Assembly: GCA_043228905.1 (NCBI GenBank) | Contig: JBHGNT010000003.1 | Location: forward strand, 15,748,001 to 15,812,000 | Reading direction: 5' to 3' | DNA length: 64,000 nucleotides | Source of the DNA: Azolla caroliniana | Lineage: Eukaryota > Plantae > Polypodiophyta | Shown: one piece after another, positions 48,412 to 60,520 of the stretch | Numbering within the stretch: the first letter of the stretch is position 1 | Layout: every line of letters begins with the position of its first letter | The notes under the pieces: generated by a model | Told to the model about the DNA's origin: nothing | Databases searched by the model: none | The model's input: only the letters and a program-made list of their open reading frames with translations | Program-made: the position numbers and the translations under genes

Positions 48412-51400
48412 CTAACCGCGCATCCACCGGCATGCGCCAAATTGAGTTGGGACGGAGAAAACCGGTCCAGCCTTTATTCCCCCACCCGTCAGTTCTTCTT
48501 CGGTTTCGGATCGTTCGTCGTCCCGTTCCAGGTTATCCGGATCCGGCTCATCGTCGTGACGCTTCTTGAACGCTTTGATCCGCTTCCCAGCTACCGGTAT
48601 CCCCATTCTCGTGCCGTCGAGTTCCGCCAGATGGTACGTCCTGTTGTCGTTGGTGCTTTGTACCGCGTAAGGCCCGAACCACCTTCTTGCGAACTTCCAT
48701 GTCGCTCGGTGTTGGTTTAGATCGACTAGCACCCAGTCGCCTTCCTCGATCCTCTTCGGTCGGAGCCGGTGCGTTCGGTCGAACTGGGCTTTGTTCCTCG
48801 TCCTTGCCACTCGAAGCTTTTCCGCAACCTGCTCCACGTCCTCCGGTCTTCGCATGAGCTGTCATATGCGCGCCATCAACAGTTCCTCCCGGCTCATCTC
48901 GTCTCTCCAGTCTACGGTTGCCCATGAGGAGATCGTAGGTTCCATCGGCATGATCGGCTTTTGCCCAAACATGAGCTCTGCCGGCATGAATCCGGTTACC
49001 GAACTGTGCGTAGTTCGGTCCGCCCACAACACGTAAGGCAACAGCCGCGGCCAGTTCCAGACTTGACCTCCGCATGCCCGAACTAACGCCTTGACGATCG
49101 AACTTGACTCCTAGCCGGTCAAACAGCTCCTCGGCCTCTTCGGCGTCCAACTCCCCGCGATCAGCTACAATCTTCCCGACGCACCCGTACCGGCATATCA
49201 CGTCCTCGATCAGGAACCGACATACGGCTGCAGTCGTTTTGTTCTGAAGGGCTCGGCCTTCCACCTGGTTCGTCAGATCTTCCCGAGCCAGGACCAGATA
49301 CCGCATCTGTCCTACTCCCATCGGCATCGTCACCAGGTCTACCATCCATTTGAAGTGGATGGTCGGAGGGTACGTAGGGTGAAGCTCGTCCCGGTGTCAG
49401 ACTACGGAGTGCATCTGACAGCTCTCGCAAGTTGTCACGAACCGATGCACGTCCCGGTACAGTCCCGGCCACCAGTACTTCCCCTTTATCTTCTCGAACG
49501 TGGCCCACGTTCCACGGTGTCCAGCCCAAGGGCTGTCGTGGTAGGCCGTCAGCAGCTCCTCTTGTTCTTCCTTCATCGCCACCACCCGGAGCGGGACGTC
49601 GTTCCTCTTCTTCGGGTGCTTCCATAAGTATCCGTCCCGGAGAAAGAATCGGTAAGCTTTCTTCCGGATCCGGTTGGCCTCGTCCTTCGTCCATGACGTA
49701 TCCGACGTCATTGTCCTCAAAAACCGACCGATCTGCAGCCACTCGCCGTCGTACTTGCTCTCGTCGAAGCCGTTAAGTGCCGGAGCGCTCGCCCCATCGG
49801 TTGTCACGTATGCCGCCTCGAAGAAGTCCACGCCAACTTCTTCGTCCTCCGAAATCATGCCGCCCTCGTCATCAAACCTCGCCCTCGAAAGCATGTCGGC
49901 CATGGCGTTGTCTTTTCCGGAAATGTGTCGTATTTCCGGGTCCAGGGACTTGATGTACGCTATCCACCTGAGCATCGCCAGGTCCGGTGTCGCGCATCCG
50001 GAAACCATGCCGAGAATTGGCAAGCAATCTGTCTCGATAATCACTTCCGTCCCGATCAGGTAGTCTTTGTCGGCCTTTACTGCCGAAACGATACCCCAGA
50101 GTTCGCGTTTAACCTGGGCGTACCCTCGCTGTCGTTCACTGAGGACCTTTGCGCCGAATCGGATCGGGAACCGAATGTCGTCCCCGTCTTCTTGGTTGAC
50201 GACCCATCCGATCCCGGTCGAACTCGTATCCACCGTTATGTATACCGGGGTACCCTTCTCGTAGACAGCCTTCCGGAGCGCCGGTGCTGCCGCAAGAGCT
50301 TCCTTCAGCTTTCGGACCGACTCCGTGTGCTCGTCTCGCCACTCGAATTTTCGCCCTTTCTTAAGCAACCCGTATAGCGGCTCCGCAACGTGGGCGTAAT
50401 GTGGGATCCATATGTGGTAGAATGCGCATGCCCCTAGGAACCTCCGAACTTCCGTAACCGAGCTACAGTCGGTCTTCATCGCGGAGATGGCTTCTACCTT
50501 TGCCGGAGACGGCTTCCGGCCATATGGTCCACATAGGTGTCTGACCACCAGGATTTCCGATTGCCCGAAGGCCGATTTCTCCCCGGAGAAGGTGAGCCTC
50601 GCATCCTCTAGCCTTTGTAGCACCTTCTCGCAGTCGTCGATGTGTGTTGCCACGAATCGCCGACATCCATCCGGTCCGAGTGTTGCGTCCCTCTCTTCTA
50701 CCGGGCACCCCTTGATTGGAATGTCGTCTAGAAATGGCATGGTGATGTCCGGGATGCAATCCCTCAGTACCTTGTTCATTGCATTCACCATGTGGGCCAC
50801 CGAGTTGGTCCCTCCTTGTGGCAGGGTACACATTCGCACTAGGCCGAGGGGAGTTCGCATCGTCGTAATGTCTCTGCTCTCCACGGCTAGCTGGAACTGG
50901 TCGTACCCCGAGTACAGATCACCGACCGAGTAAATCGACCTTCCGGCGAAGGCCTCCGCGAACTCGTCTATGGTCGGTCCGATTCCTGCGTTCCGAATGG
51001 TCACTCTGTTGACCGGCTGCAGGTCCTGAATGAAGCGCAATGTTCCGTTTTTCTTTGGTACGGTAAACCATCGGTTCGAGTATGGCGCGCTCGACGACTC
51101 GAGAATACCCATATCGACTTTCTGCCTCAGTAGCTCCATCAACTCCGGGATGTGAGCTCTTGGTACCGGAATCGGCTTGAGATTCCACGGCACATGCGGT
51201 ACCGTGAATATCACCATCGGCTCCACGATTGTCAGGTCTACGCACCCGATCTCTTCCGACGAGAATGCGAAGGCTTTCCCGTGCCTTCCGAGCATTCTCC
51301 GAAACCGATCTTCCTCCGCCGGCAGTAGGAACCCGCCCCCACCGATCTTGAGCTCCCGGAGCGTCCCGCCGGTGAAGGTGTGTCCTATGCAGGCCGGATC

Positions 51401-51880
51401 TCGTAAACTGGGGTCCGACGCCACCCCTCTGATTCGGGACTCGCTGCCCTCCGGCAAGGGTGCCGCGACTGGCCTTACCTTCCGGTCCACAGTCTTGTAC
51501 TTTGTGGTAACTCGGGCCGTCCGATCCGACCCGAACCCCTGACTGAAGTTTGCGATGACTTCGTACATCTCTTCGGAACATACCGGTATCGTCCGGTCTT
51601 CGTTAAGGTCTTCTCCGGCTACCTTCCTCAGCATTCCCAAGGTGTCGTCGAAGGAGACCGCCTCCACGGCTCCGCTGATTTCCTCGTCCGGGCCGAGAAC
51701 TCCGCACGCTCGAAGTCGCACTTCCGCCCTTGTCTTTTCTCGGCCGACGATGCCGACAATCATACACCCTCCGTTGTTGGAGAAGCAAAATTGCCTACCT
51801 ATCGTACAGTCGTGGGGTCTTTTCCGAGTGTCCGGGCTGTCTCGGCCCCACGCCTTGGCAGCCCTCTCTAAAAATCCTCC
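48412..51880 (-). pseudogene. Pol (RT-RNaseH-integrase) of element D, in the -1 frame relative to Gag-PR
   Basis: RT DLYSGYDQ, LPQGGTNS, FLDD; RH TVDTS, IETDC, ADMLSR; INT HDSPWAGH..CESC, WMVDL, RWFGPY. A stop at 49397 and small deletions near 49100 and 48720. Confidence 0.92.
51811..51877 (-). promoter_or_regulatory. Predicted -1 ribosomal frameshift signal (slippery G GAU UUU, 6-nt spacer, pseudoknot)
   Basis: The heptamer directly precedes the Gag-PR UAG, and the -1 frame is open into RT. Stems GGGCUG/CAGCCC, CGUGGGG/CCCCACG and CCGAG/CUCGG. Confidence 0.8.
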
Positions 51881-53994
51881 CGGTTCTCGCCACCGAGGGA
51901 TTCGCGGTTTCTCTCGCGGTTCGGCCGCACCGTCAGAAATTGCACCGAATGGCGCCCATCCTGGCTTTTGACCTTCGCGTAGGCCGAACCGTTGTCCAGC
52001 ACCTTGGTCTCCATTCGCGCCGCCGTGATGTATGGTTCCCCTAATATGACCGGGTGCGAGGACGTCTCCTGTACGAAGAAGTGCTGGTCAATCTCGACGT
52101 CGCCGATCTTGACTCGCACGTTCGGGCAGGCCCCATGCAGTTCCTCGGTGGCGCGCGTCGCCGCCCGTATCTTCCACCCGTGCTTGGTGTTGATCGGCCA
52201 CTTCCCCTTCTTATAGAAGTCCATGGACATCAGGTTTATTTCCGAACCGTGGTCCACCAATGCCACCACCGGTTCCTGAACATCTCCGATCTTTACCGGG
52301 GTCTCCGTGGTCGCTCGGGCCCAGTGTGGCCTCGAATAGTGGCTCTCCGCCCACTCGTCTTCCATTGCCATGTCGTCGATGTGCGTTGTCCGCACCTCCA
52401 CCGGTCTTTCCGGTTCCGTCTCCGTCGACAGCCTCTTCCGTTTCACCAGGTCCACAATGGAGTCGTGGAACTCCTTCGTGGCGATCCCTAGCACCTCTCG
52501 CAATGATAGCTCCACTTTGCTGTCGAGGATCCGTTCTTCTAGGACCTTTCGTAGGTCCGTAGTCCTTTCTATTTCCGTCCCCAGTCGGTATCCGCCCTTC
52601 CTGGGGTTATCTTGCGGGCTGGATCCACCGGCATCGTTCCGTTGTTGCCCGAATCGGGTCTCGTACCGTTGTGAGGGCCCGGCCGCTCCGGCTTTCCCCA
52701 CCCGTTTGTCTTCCACAAGAGCCTCGTAGTTCCGGCAGGCGGCTTCTACAAAACCCGTCTTCTCCTCGACCGGATCGCTCCACCCGGTTATTTCCCGGAC
52801 CCGTCTCTCAGCGCGGTTCGTTTCATCTTTCCTTAGCCGTGCGCCGGCAAGACCTTCTAGCATTGCCGACCAGAATCCGTCTTTGCCCTCCTTTCGGGCC
52901 TCGCTACCCCCGACCCGAATGCCGGCCGACGCCGAGTAGTGGATGGCCTCCACGTGTCGGGCCGCTGCCTCTTCCATCAATCTCTTCATTCCTCCTCGCC
53001 CGTCGTTTCGGTTCAGGGCCCTCCTGGTGTCGCCGACGTGCACCCGGCCTTCCCACAGGTACACCACCCGGTTCCTCAACGCCTCTGCGAAATCGCCGCA
53101 GTCCTTCCGAATGTGGCCGACCTCGTCGCACCACATGCACCTGTTCCCCGCTGCCGGCCGTCGGTCACGAGCTGGTTCTTCGCCTTCCCTTCGAGTCTAG
53201 GCGATCTGGAGATCCTTTATCGCCCGCGTCAACTCCTCCAGCGCTGCTCCTCCAGACGAGCCATTGACCATGCCGGTCGAAGCCGGACTGGTTTCGAGCC
53301 ATTCCCGGGTTTCTTCCCTTCGCACTTGCGGTGCCGGTTCAAGCCTCCTTGCTGTGACAGAGCCCGCACCGGCCGCCCCGTTGTCAGCCCATTCTCGCCG
53401 TTTATCGAAACGGCCACAGACTCTCTTAACCGCAGCCCAGTCGGTTGTCAGCCCGCCCTCGGTTTCCAGCAAGGAGCCGACTTGGTCCCGGTCCCGTTCG
53501 TCCACCGACTTGACGAACAGTAGGACCCGGCTCGTATCCAGAACGGTTCGGTCAAGCGCCGAAAGGCGCGCAAAGCGTTCTTCGAACTCCCGGAGGAGTG
53601 CCGTCGCATTTCTTCCATTGCCGGGGAACTCCACCCATTCCATGAAGTCCCGTTTCGAAAGCCGGAGCGCGTCGTCCAGCCCGTATTTTTCTACGAGTCG
53701 GCCTTCGAACTCCTCCCAGGTACGGCTCTCCGCCCGCACCTCGAGCACCTCCGCATGGATGCTCGGCATCGCCACTCGAGGAAACCCGGCAAGATGCCTC
53801 TCTTCCGGAATGTCCCGCATCAGCATTTCTGCCCCGTAGGACGCCAAATACTTTGTGGCATCCTTTCTGCTGAACCGGCCAATCGTACCGACGATTGCCT
53901 CAATGGCTCTGTCGAGGGCGCCGGTGCCCTCGCGTGCACTCAATATCCGATCCACGGCCGAAGCCATGGCCTCTGCAAGATCCGACCCTTTCAT
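51868..53994 (-). pseudogene. Gag-protease ORF of element D (one CAG->TAG stop at 53197)
   Basis: ATG 53994. ORFs 53197-53994 and 51868-53136 are in one frame. Zinc knuckle CMWCDEVGHIRKDC; protease ALVDHGSEINLM...VILGEPY. E has Gln at the stop position. Confidence 0.9.
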
Positions 53995-54016
53995 CTTCTG
54001 CTCTTCTGCCGCCTCC

Positions 54017-54034
54017 TTCACGTCGGGTTCACCA
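54017..54034 (-). promoter_or_regulatory. Primer-binding site complementary to the tRNA-Trp(CCA) 3' end (identical copy at 59434-59451)
   Basis: The plus strand reads TTCACGTCGGGTTCACCA, matching my recollection of the plant cytosolic tRNA-Trp 3' end plus CCA. It lies 4 nt inside the 5' LTR in both D and E. Confidence 0.85.
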
Positions 54035-57000
54035 AAGATGTCGAGGTATTCCTCGCGGATGCGTGGAATGAGGCGGGACCTCGGGGGTCTTGTATCGAAG
54101 AGCAAGAGAGAAAGGAGAAGGGAGCCCACTACGTGCGAGCGTGGATTTACAGGGACACGGCCTGAAAGAAAGGAGCAGGTTGGAGGTGCTGCCGGAAGCA
54201 CTCGGGCATTCCTCAGAGCAGCGCGAGCCTCCCGAAACCTGCACAGAAAGAAGCTATGGAGTTTGCGAGCCAGAGAGAGAGAGAGAAGCCTTCGCCCACA
54301 AACCGACAGCACTTCGTCCTCGACTCTCTGCGATCCCTTTTCCCCTCCTCGTCTCCCTCCTTTTATAGGCACGGAAGGAGTCGTTTCCCCTTTACTTCCT
54401 ACCTACCGAATCTGCCTGCCTAGGATCTCCTGTGTACAACATAAGGCGCACGTGCATGAAGAGCCGGTTCCTACGCTCCGGTGCACCGATTGCGCTTGTG
54501 GACGGTTTTCTTCACGACAACGGTTAATCGCGCCCCATCGAGCTCCGCAAGATGATATGTGCCGTTGTCATTCACGCTCGTTACGGCGTAGGGCCTGAAC
54601 CACCTCCTCGTGAATTTGCGCGTTGCCTTGTGCTGGTTGTCGAGGCTTCTATCATACACCAACACCCAGTCGCCTTCCTCGATCTTCTTTGGCCACAACC
54701 GGTGTGTCCGGTCGAACCGGCCTTTGTTCCTCTCCCTCGCTGTTTGTAGCTTTGTTTTTGCCCTCTCCACATCCTTCGGCCTTCACTCGAGCTGTCGAAT
54801 CCGCGCCGCCAATAACTCTTCCCAGTTCATCTCGTTCCTCCAATCTATTACCGCCCACGAGGAAATCGTTCGTTCCACTGGCATGACTGGTTTCTGCCCG
54901 TACATCAGCTCCGTCGGCATGTACACAGTCACTAAACTATGTGTCGTCCGGTCTACCCATAGTGCGTAGGGTAGGAGCCACAACAAATTCCCAACCTGGT
55001 CTCCGCAAGCCCGTACCAACGCCTTTACGATCGGACCATGTCTGCGTTCCACCTTCCCATTTACCTCCAGGTTGTATGCCGTAGTGAGCGAGAGTTTAAC
55101 CCCTAACTGTCCAAACAACTCTTCGGCCTCATGTGCATCCAGTTCCCCGCAGTTCGCTACAATCTTTCCTACGCACCCGTACCGACACACCACCTCCTCG
55201 ATTAGGAACCGGCATACGGCCTCGGTCGTTTTGTTCGGTAATGCTCGGCCCTTCACCTGGTTCGTCAGATCTTCTCGTGCTAGCACCAAGTACCACATTT
55301 GCCCTACCCCCATTGGTATTGTCACCAGATCCACCATCCACTTGAAGTGGATGGTCGGCGGGTAAGTCGGGTGCAACTCGTCCCGATGTTGGACTATGGA
55401 ATGCATCTGACAGCTTTCGCAAGTTGTTACGAATCGATGCACGTCTCGGTATAGTCCTGGCCACCAGTACTTCTCCTTCGGCTTCTCGAACGTGGCCCAT
55501 GTCCCCCGGTGCCCGGCCCAAGGACTCTCGTGGTACGCCATTAGCAATGCTTCCTGCTCCTCCTTCCTGGCCACCACCCGGAGCGGGACTCAGTTTCGCT
55601 TCTTCGGGTGCTTCCATATGCTTCCGTCTCGCAGGAAGAATCGATACGCTTTCTTCTTGATCCGGTTAGCCTCTTCCCTTGTCCACGCCGCTCCCAGCGT
55701 CATCGTCTTTAGGAACCCACTGATTTGGAGCCACTCCCCTTCGTACTTGCTCTCGTCGAACTCGTTAAGCACTGGAGTGCTCCCAGCCCTCACCGTTATG
55801 CGAGCCGACTCGAAGAAGTCCTCGCCAATCTCTTCATTCTCCGAAACCATGCCGTCTTCATCATCAAACCGTGCTCTTGAAAGCATATCGGCCATGGTGT
55901 TGTCTTTACCGGAGATGTTTTCTATCTCCGGATTTAGAGACTTGATGTACGCGATCCACCGGAGCATTGCCAGGTCTGGAGTTGCGCATCCGGAAACCAT
56001 ACCGAGAATCGGTAGGCAGTCTGTCTCGATTATTACTTCCGTCCTGATTAGATAGTCCTTGTCAGCCTTGACTGCCGAAACGATACCCCACAATTCGCGC
56101 TTAACTTGGGCGTATCCTCGCTATCGCTCACTGAGAACCTTCACCCCAAACCGGATTGGGAACTGCGTGCCACTCGCGTCCTCCTGATTGACCACCCATC
56201 CTATCCCGGTCGGGCTCGTATCTACAGTTACGTAGATTGGAACCTCCTTGCCGTAAACCGCTTTCTGGAGAGCCGATGCCGCAGTAAGCGCCTCCTTCAG
56301 TCTCCGGATCGACTTAGTATGCTCCTCGCCCCATTCAAACTTACGCCCCTTTTTTAGCAACCCGTAGAGTGGTTCCACGACGTGTGCGTAGTGCAGAACC
56401 CAGATGTGATAGAACGCACTCATCCCCAAGAACCTTTGGACCTCTGTAACCGACCTGCATTCGTCCTTCATCGCGAAGATGGCCTCCACCTTCGTCGGAG
56501 ACGGTTTCCGGCCGTAAGGCCCGCACAAGTGCCCAACTACCAGGATCTCCGACCTGAAAGTTGACTTCTCTCCGGAGAAGGTGAGCCGTGCATTCTCAAG
56601 CCTTTGTAGCACCTTCTCGCAGTCTTTGATGTGGTCTGCAACAAACCTCCAGCAACAGTCCGGTGCAACCGACTCATCCTTCTCTTCCACCGAACATCCC
56701 TTTATCGGTATGTCGTCCAAAAACGGCATGGTGATGTCTGGGATGCAGTCCCTTAGCACTTTGTTCATAGCGTTAACCATGTGCACCACCGAGTTGGTCC
56801 CTCCTTGCAGCAAGGTACACATCCACACTAGACCGAGAGGAGTCCGCATCATCGTAATATCCCTGCTCTCCACGGCTAGTTGGAACTGGTCGTACCCCGA
56901 CTATAGATCCCCACCCAAATAGATCGACCTTCTGGTGAAGGCCTCTACAAACTCATCAATGGTCGGACCGATACCTGCATTTTGAATGGTCACTTTATTG

Positions 57001-60000
57001 ACCGGTTGCAGGTCCTGAATGAAGCTCAGCGTGCCATTCTTCTTTGGCACCGTAAACCACCGGTTAGAATATGGGGCACTCAACGGCTCGAGGATGCCCA
57101 TTTCCACCTTCTGTTTCAGCAGCTTCACCAACTCCAGGATGTGAGCTCTAGGTACCAGAATTGGCTTGAGATTCCACAGCACATGCGGTACCGTGAAGAT
57201 CACCATTGGTTCCACGATCGTCGAGTCCACGCACCCGATCTCCCCCGGTGCAAATGCGAAGGCCTTCCCATCCCTTCCGAGCATTCCCTGAAACCTCTCC
57301 TCCTCCACCGGCAGTAGGAAGCCACCCCCACCGACCTTGAGCTCTCGTAGCATTATGTCGGTGAACCGGTGTCCTATGCCGGCCGGATTCCGCAAACTTG
57401 GGTCCCACGCGACCCCCTTTATTCGTTCCTCGCTGACCTCTGGCAAGGGTGCTACGACTGGCCTCACCTTCTAGTCCACAGTCTTGTACCTTGTATCCAC
57501 GTAGGCCGTTCGATCCGACCTAACCCTTTCCCCGAAGTCGGCAATGACTTCGTACATTCCCACTGAGTTAACAGGAATCATCCTCTCTTCACTGAGGCCT
57601 TCTTCGATGACCTTCTCGATTTCCCTGAGGGTGTCGTCGAAAGAGACCGCCTCCACGACGCCACTAATTTCCTCATCGGGGTCGAGGACTCCGCATGTCC
57701 TGAGTCATTCCTCTACCCACTTCCTCTCCCAGCCGATCCGAACAAGGGTCTCCGTAGTGGCCCTGGCCCAGTGCGACCTCGAATAGTGACTTTCCGCCAA
57801 CTCGTCTTCCAAGGCCATGTCCTCCAGGTGCATGGTTCGCACCTCCACCGGCTTCTCTGGTTCCGGCTCCGTCGAGAGCCATTTTCGCTTCACCAAGTCC
57901 ACGATGGATTCGTGGAACTCCTTCTTGGCAATCCCGAGAACCTCCCTCAACGACAGCTCCACCTTGTTGTTGAGGATCCGTTCTTCGAGGACCTTCCGTA
58001 GGTCCGTTGACCTCTCGATCTCCGTGCTCAGCCAGTAACCGGCCCGCTTCATTTTGTCTGGTACGTCGAGGTTACCAGCATCGTTTTGCTTCTGCCCAAA
58101 CCGGGTCTCGTACCATTGTGAGGGCCCGGGACCTCCGCCCTTTCCCGTGCGCTTGTCTTCTACCAAAACCTCGTAGTTCTGGCACGCGGCTTCCACGAGA
58201 CCGGTCTTCTCCTCAACAGGATCGTCCCATCCAATGACCTCTCAGAGTCGTTGCTCTGCGCGACTCGCTTCCTCCTTCTTCAGTCATGCACCGGAGAGGC
58301 CTTCTAGCACTGAGGGCTAGAAGCCAGAGTCCTACGTTTTTCGGTCTTTGTCACCTCCCACCAGGATTCCGCCCGATGCCGAATAATGGACCGCCTCCGC
58401 ATGGCACACCTCCGCTTCATCCCGCCACGCCCGAAATTTGTCTCCACAGCTCTCCGAGTATCACCAGCGTGCACCCGTCCATTCCATAGGTACACCACAT
58501 TACCCTTGAGGGCTTCAGCAAACTCCACACAGTCTCGCCGGTTGTGCCCGACCGCATCGCACAACATACACCGTTGTCCAGCCGGTGGCCTTCAGTCACG
58601 TGGTTGCCCTCCACTATCTCTCCGGGCCTGCGCGATCTTCATGTCGCGCACCATTTGTGTCAACTCCTCAAGAGCCGCTCCCCCAGATGGGCCCTTGACC
58701 GCTCCGGTCAACGCTAGGCCAGTTTCAATCCAATCCCGAGTTTCCTCCGTTTGTGCCAGCGAAGACTCGTTGAACTTCCTTGTCGGGGTGGGTCCCATTG
58801 CCGACAACTTCTCGTCACCCCACTCTCGCCATTTGTCGAAGCGGTTGCAAACCCCTTTGACCACGGCCCAGCCGGTCGTCAGCCCATCATCTGTCTCCAG
58901 CAGGAGACCCACCTGGCCCCTATCCTGCACGTCCACCGATTTCACAAACAACAGGACACGGCTCGTGTCCAACATTGAGAGCCGTGCGAAGAGTTCTTCG
59001 AACTCCCAGAGGAGCACTGACGCATTCCTCCCCTTCCCAGGGGTTTCCACCCACTCCATGAAGTCCCACTTTGATAACTGAAGCGCGTCATCAAGCTTGT
59101 ACCTCTCGAGAAGCCGTGCTTCGAATTCTCCCCAGTTCCGGCATCCACCCTGTACCTTGAACACCTCTATGTGGATGCTCGGAGTTGCCACCCGAGGGAA
59201 CCTGGCCAGATGCCTATCCTCTGGAATGTCTCTCATCACCATCTCGGCCCAGTAGGCCACCAAATAGCTCGTGGTGTCTTTCCCAACGAATCGGCCTATC
59301 GTGCCGACAATTGCTTCAATGGCCCTATCGAGGGTGCTTGTGCCCTCGCAAGCACTTACTATCCAATTGACCATTGTCGTCATGGCTTCGTCGAGTTCCA
59401 ATCCCCTCATCTTCGACTCTTGTGTTGCCTAGTTTCACGTCGGGTTCACCAAATATGTCGCGTTATTATGCGTGCGTGTGTGAAATAAGGCGGGACCGCG
59501 GGAGCCCTAAAACGAGGAGCACGAGAGACAAGAGGAAGTGAGGAGTGCGAGAGTGCGAGGGCCGCTAGACCTATCAGCAACCAGCGACACTTACCGGTTG
59601 ATTGGACCTCCAACGTGTCTACCGACTCAACCAAAGAGCACACTCGAGAGAGATGAAAGAAGAGACTCCCTGAACACAAATAACACAGATCGACGAAAAC
59701 AAGAGATTATATTACAATAACAGTGGCAATTACAATGGTTGCAACCCCGCAGAGAATGATGACAAAGGAAGAGAGAGCTCAGTTCCCAATCCGACAGCAC
59801 CTCCTCCTTCCCTCCCCCAAAAGGTAATAATCTTCTCCTTTTCCCCTTCCCTTTTATAGGTCGCCGAGGAGGCCGTTACATCAAAACACGTCAACATTAT
59901 TCTCTGTCCCTTCGGACAGAGATACGTTGTCGTGAAGATCCGTCACTACGCGCGGATCGTGAGGCGGAACCGTCGGGGTTCTGGACCGGAAGGATTCAAA

Positions 60001-60391
60001 GTCGGTACAAGCTTTGGCGCAAGCTTTAGCGAGAAAGTACTTAAGATAGATTGGGAAAGAGAGAAGTTGAGGTTACACGATTGAGAGAGATTGATTGAAC
60101 TTTTAACTTTAGATTTAAGAAACAAGTTACACCATCAATTTGATAACGAATCTCTTCTTCTTAATTTCATAATAATAAAAAAACCGTGTTTTTTCTCCTC
60201 CCCCTTCCTTCTTTTATAGATGCTCTCATGCATATGATGTATGTGAGGGTACAAGACATGCATAAATTGCATGTTTGCCATTTGGCGCTTATGTATTACA
60301 TGTGGTGCATGATAACCATGTCACTCATTTTAGCTCTCATGTATGAGAATTTACATGTAAAAGTACAATGATAGAAATATAATTTCAACTA

Positions 60392-60465
60392 AATAGCATG
60401 GCTTAATGGTAAGCCAGTTGATTCCTAACTTGGAGGTGCAAGGTTTGAATCCTTCCTTGCCCTCC
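60392..60465 (+). ncRNA. tRNA-derived Pol III module (tRNA-Arg(CCT)-like or SINE head) inside solo LTR F
   Basis: Box A TGGCTTAATGG 60399-60409 and box B GGTTTGAATCC 60442-60452 at tRNA spacing. TTCCTAA anticodon-like loop; T-arm AAGG/CCTT. No acceptor stem. Confidence 0.6.
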
Positions 60466-60520
60466 TTGTATATGTATATATGTATATATATTTATTTATC
60501 TAGTCGCCGGACGCCGGTTC

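Larger units (their letters stand above)
47920..54519 (-). mobile_element. Element D: near-complete Ty3/gypsy of the TGTCG lineage, no chromodomain seen
   Basis: 481-bp LTRs at 47920-48400 and 54039-54519 (about 8 substitutions). TSD ACAG/ACGG. PPT AGGTGGGGGCGGA 48401-48413. tRNA-Trp PBS. Confidence 0.96.

Noticed and set aside
53995-54372. Open frame through D's LTR, in frame with gag, with a hydrophobic stretch (possible glyco-Gag-like extension)
   Set aside because: The listed start overlaps the TATA box, and the frame is not preserved into gag in the related C or E LTRs.
60392-60465. Functional tRNA-Arg gene
   Set aside because: There is no acceptor stem, the anticodon stem is poor and box B has a C>T change. 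Kept only as a tRNA-derived module.
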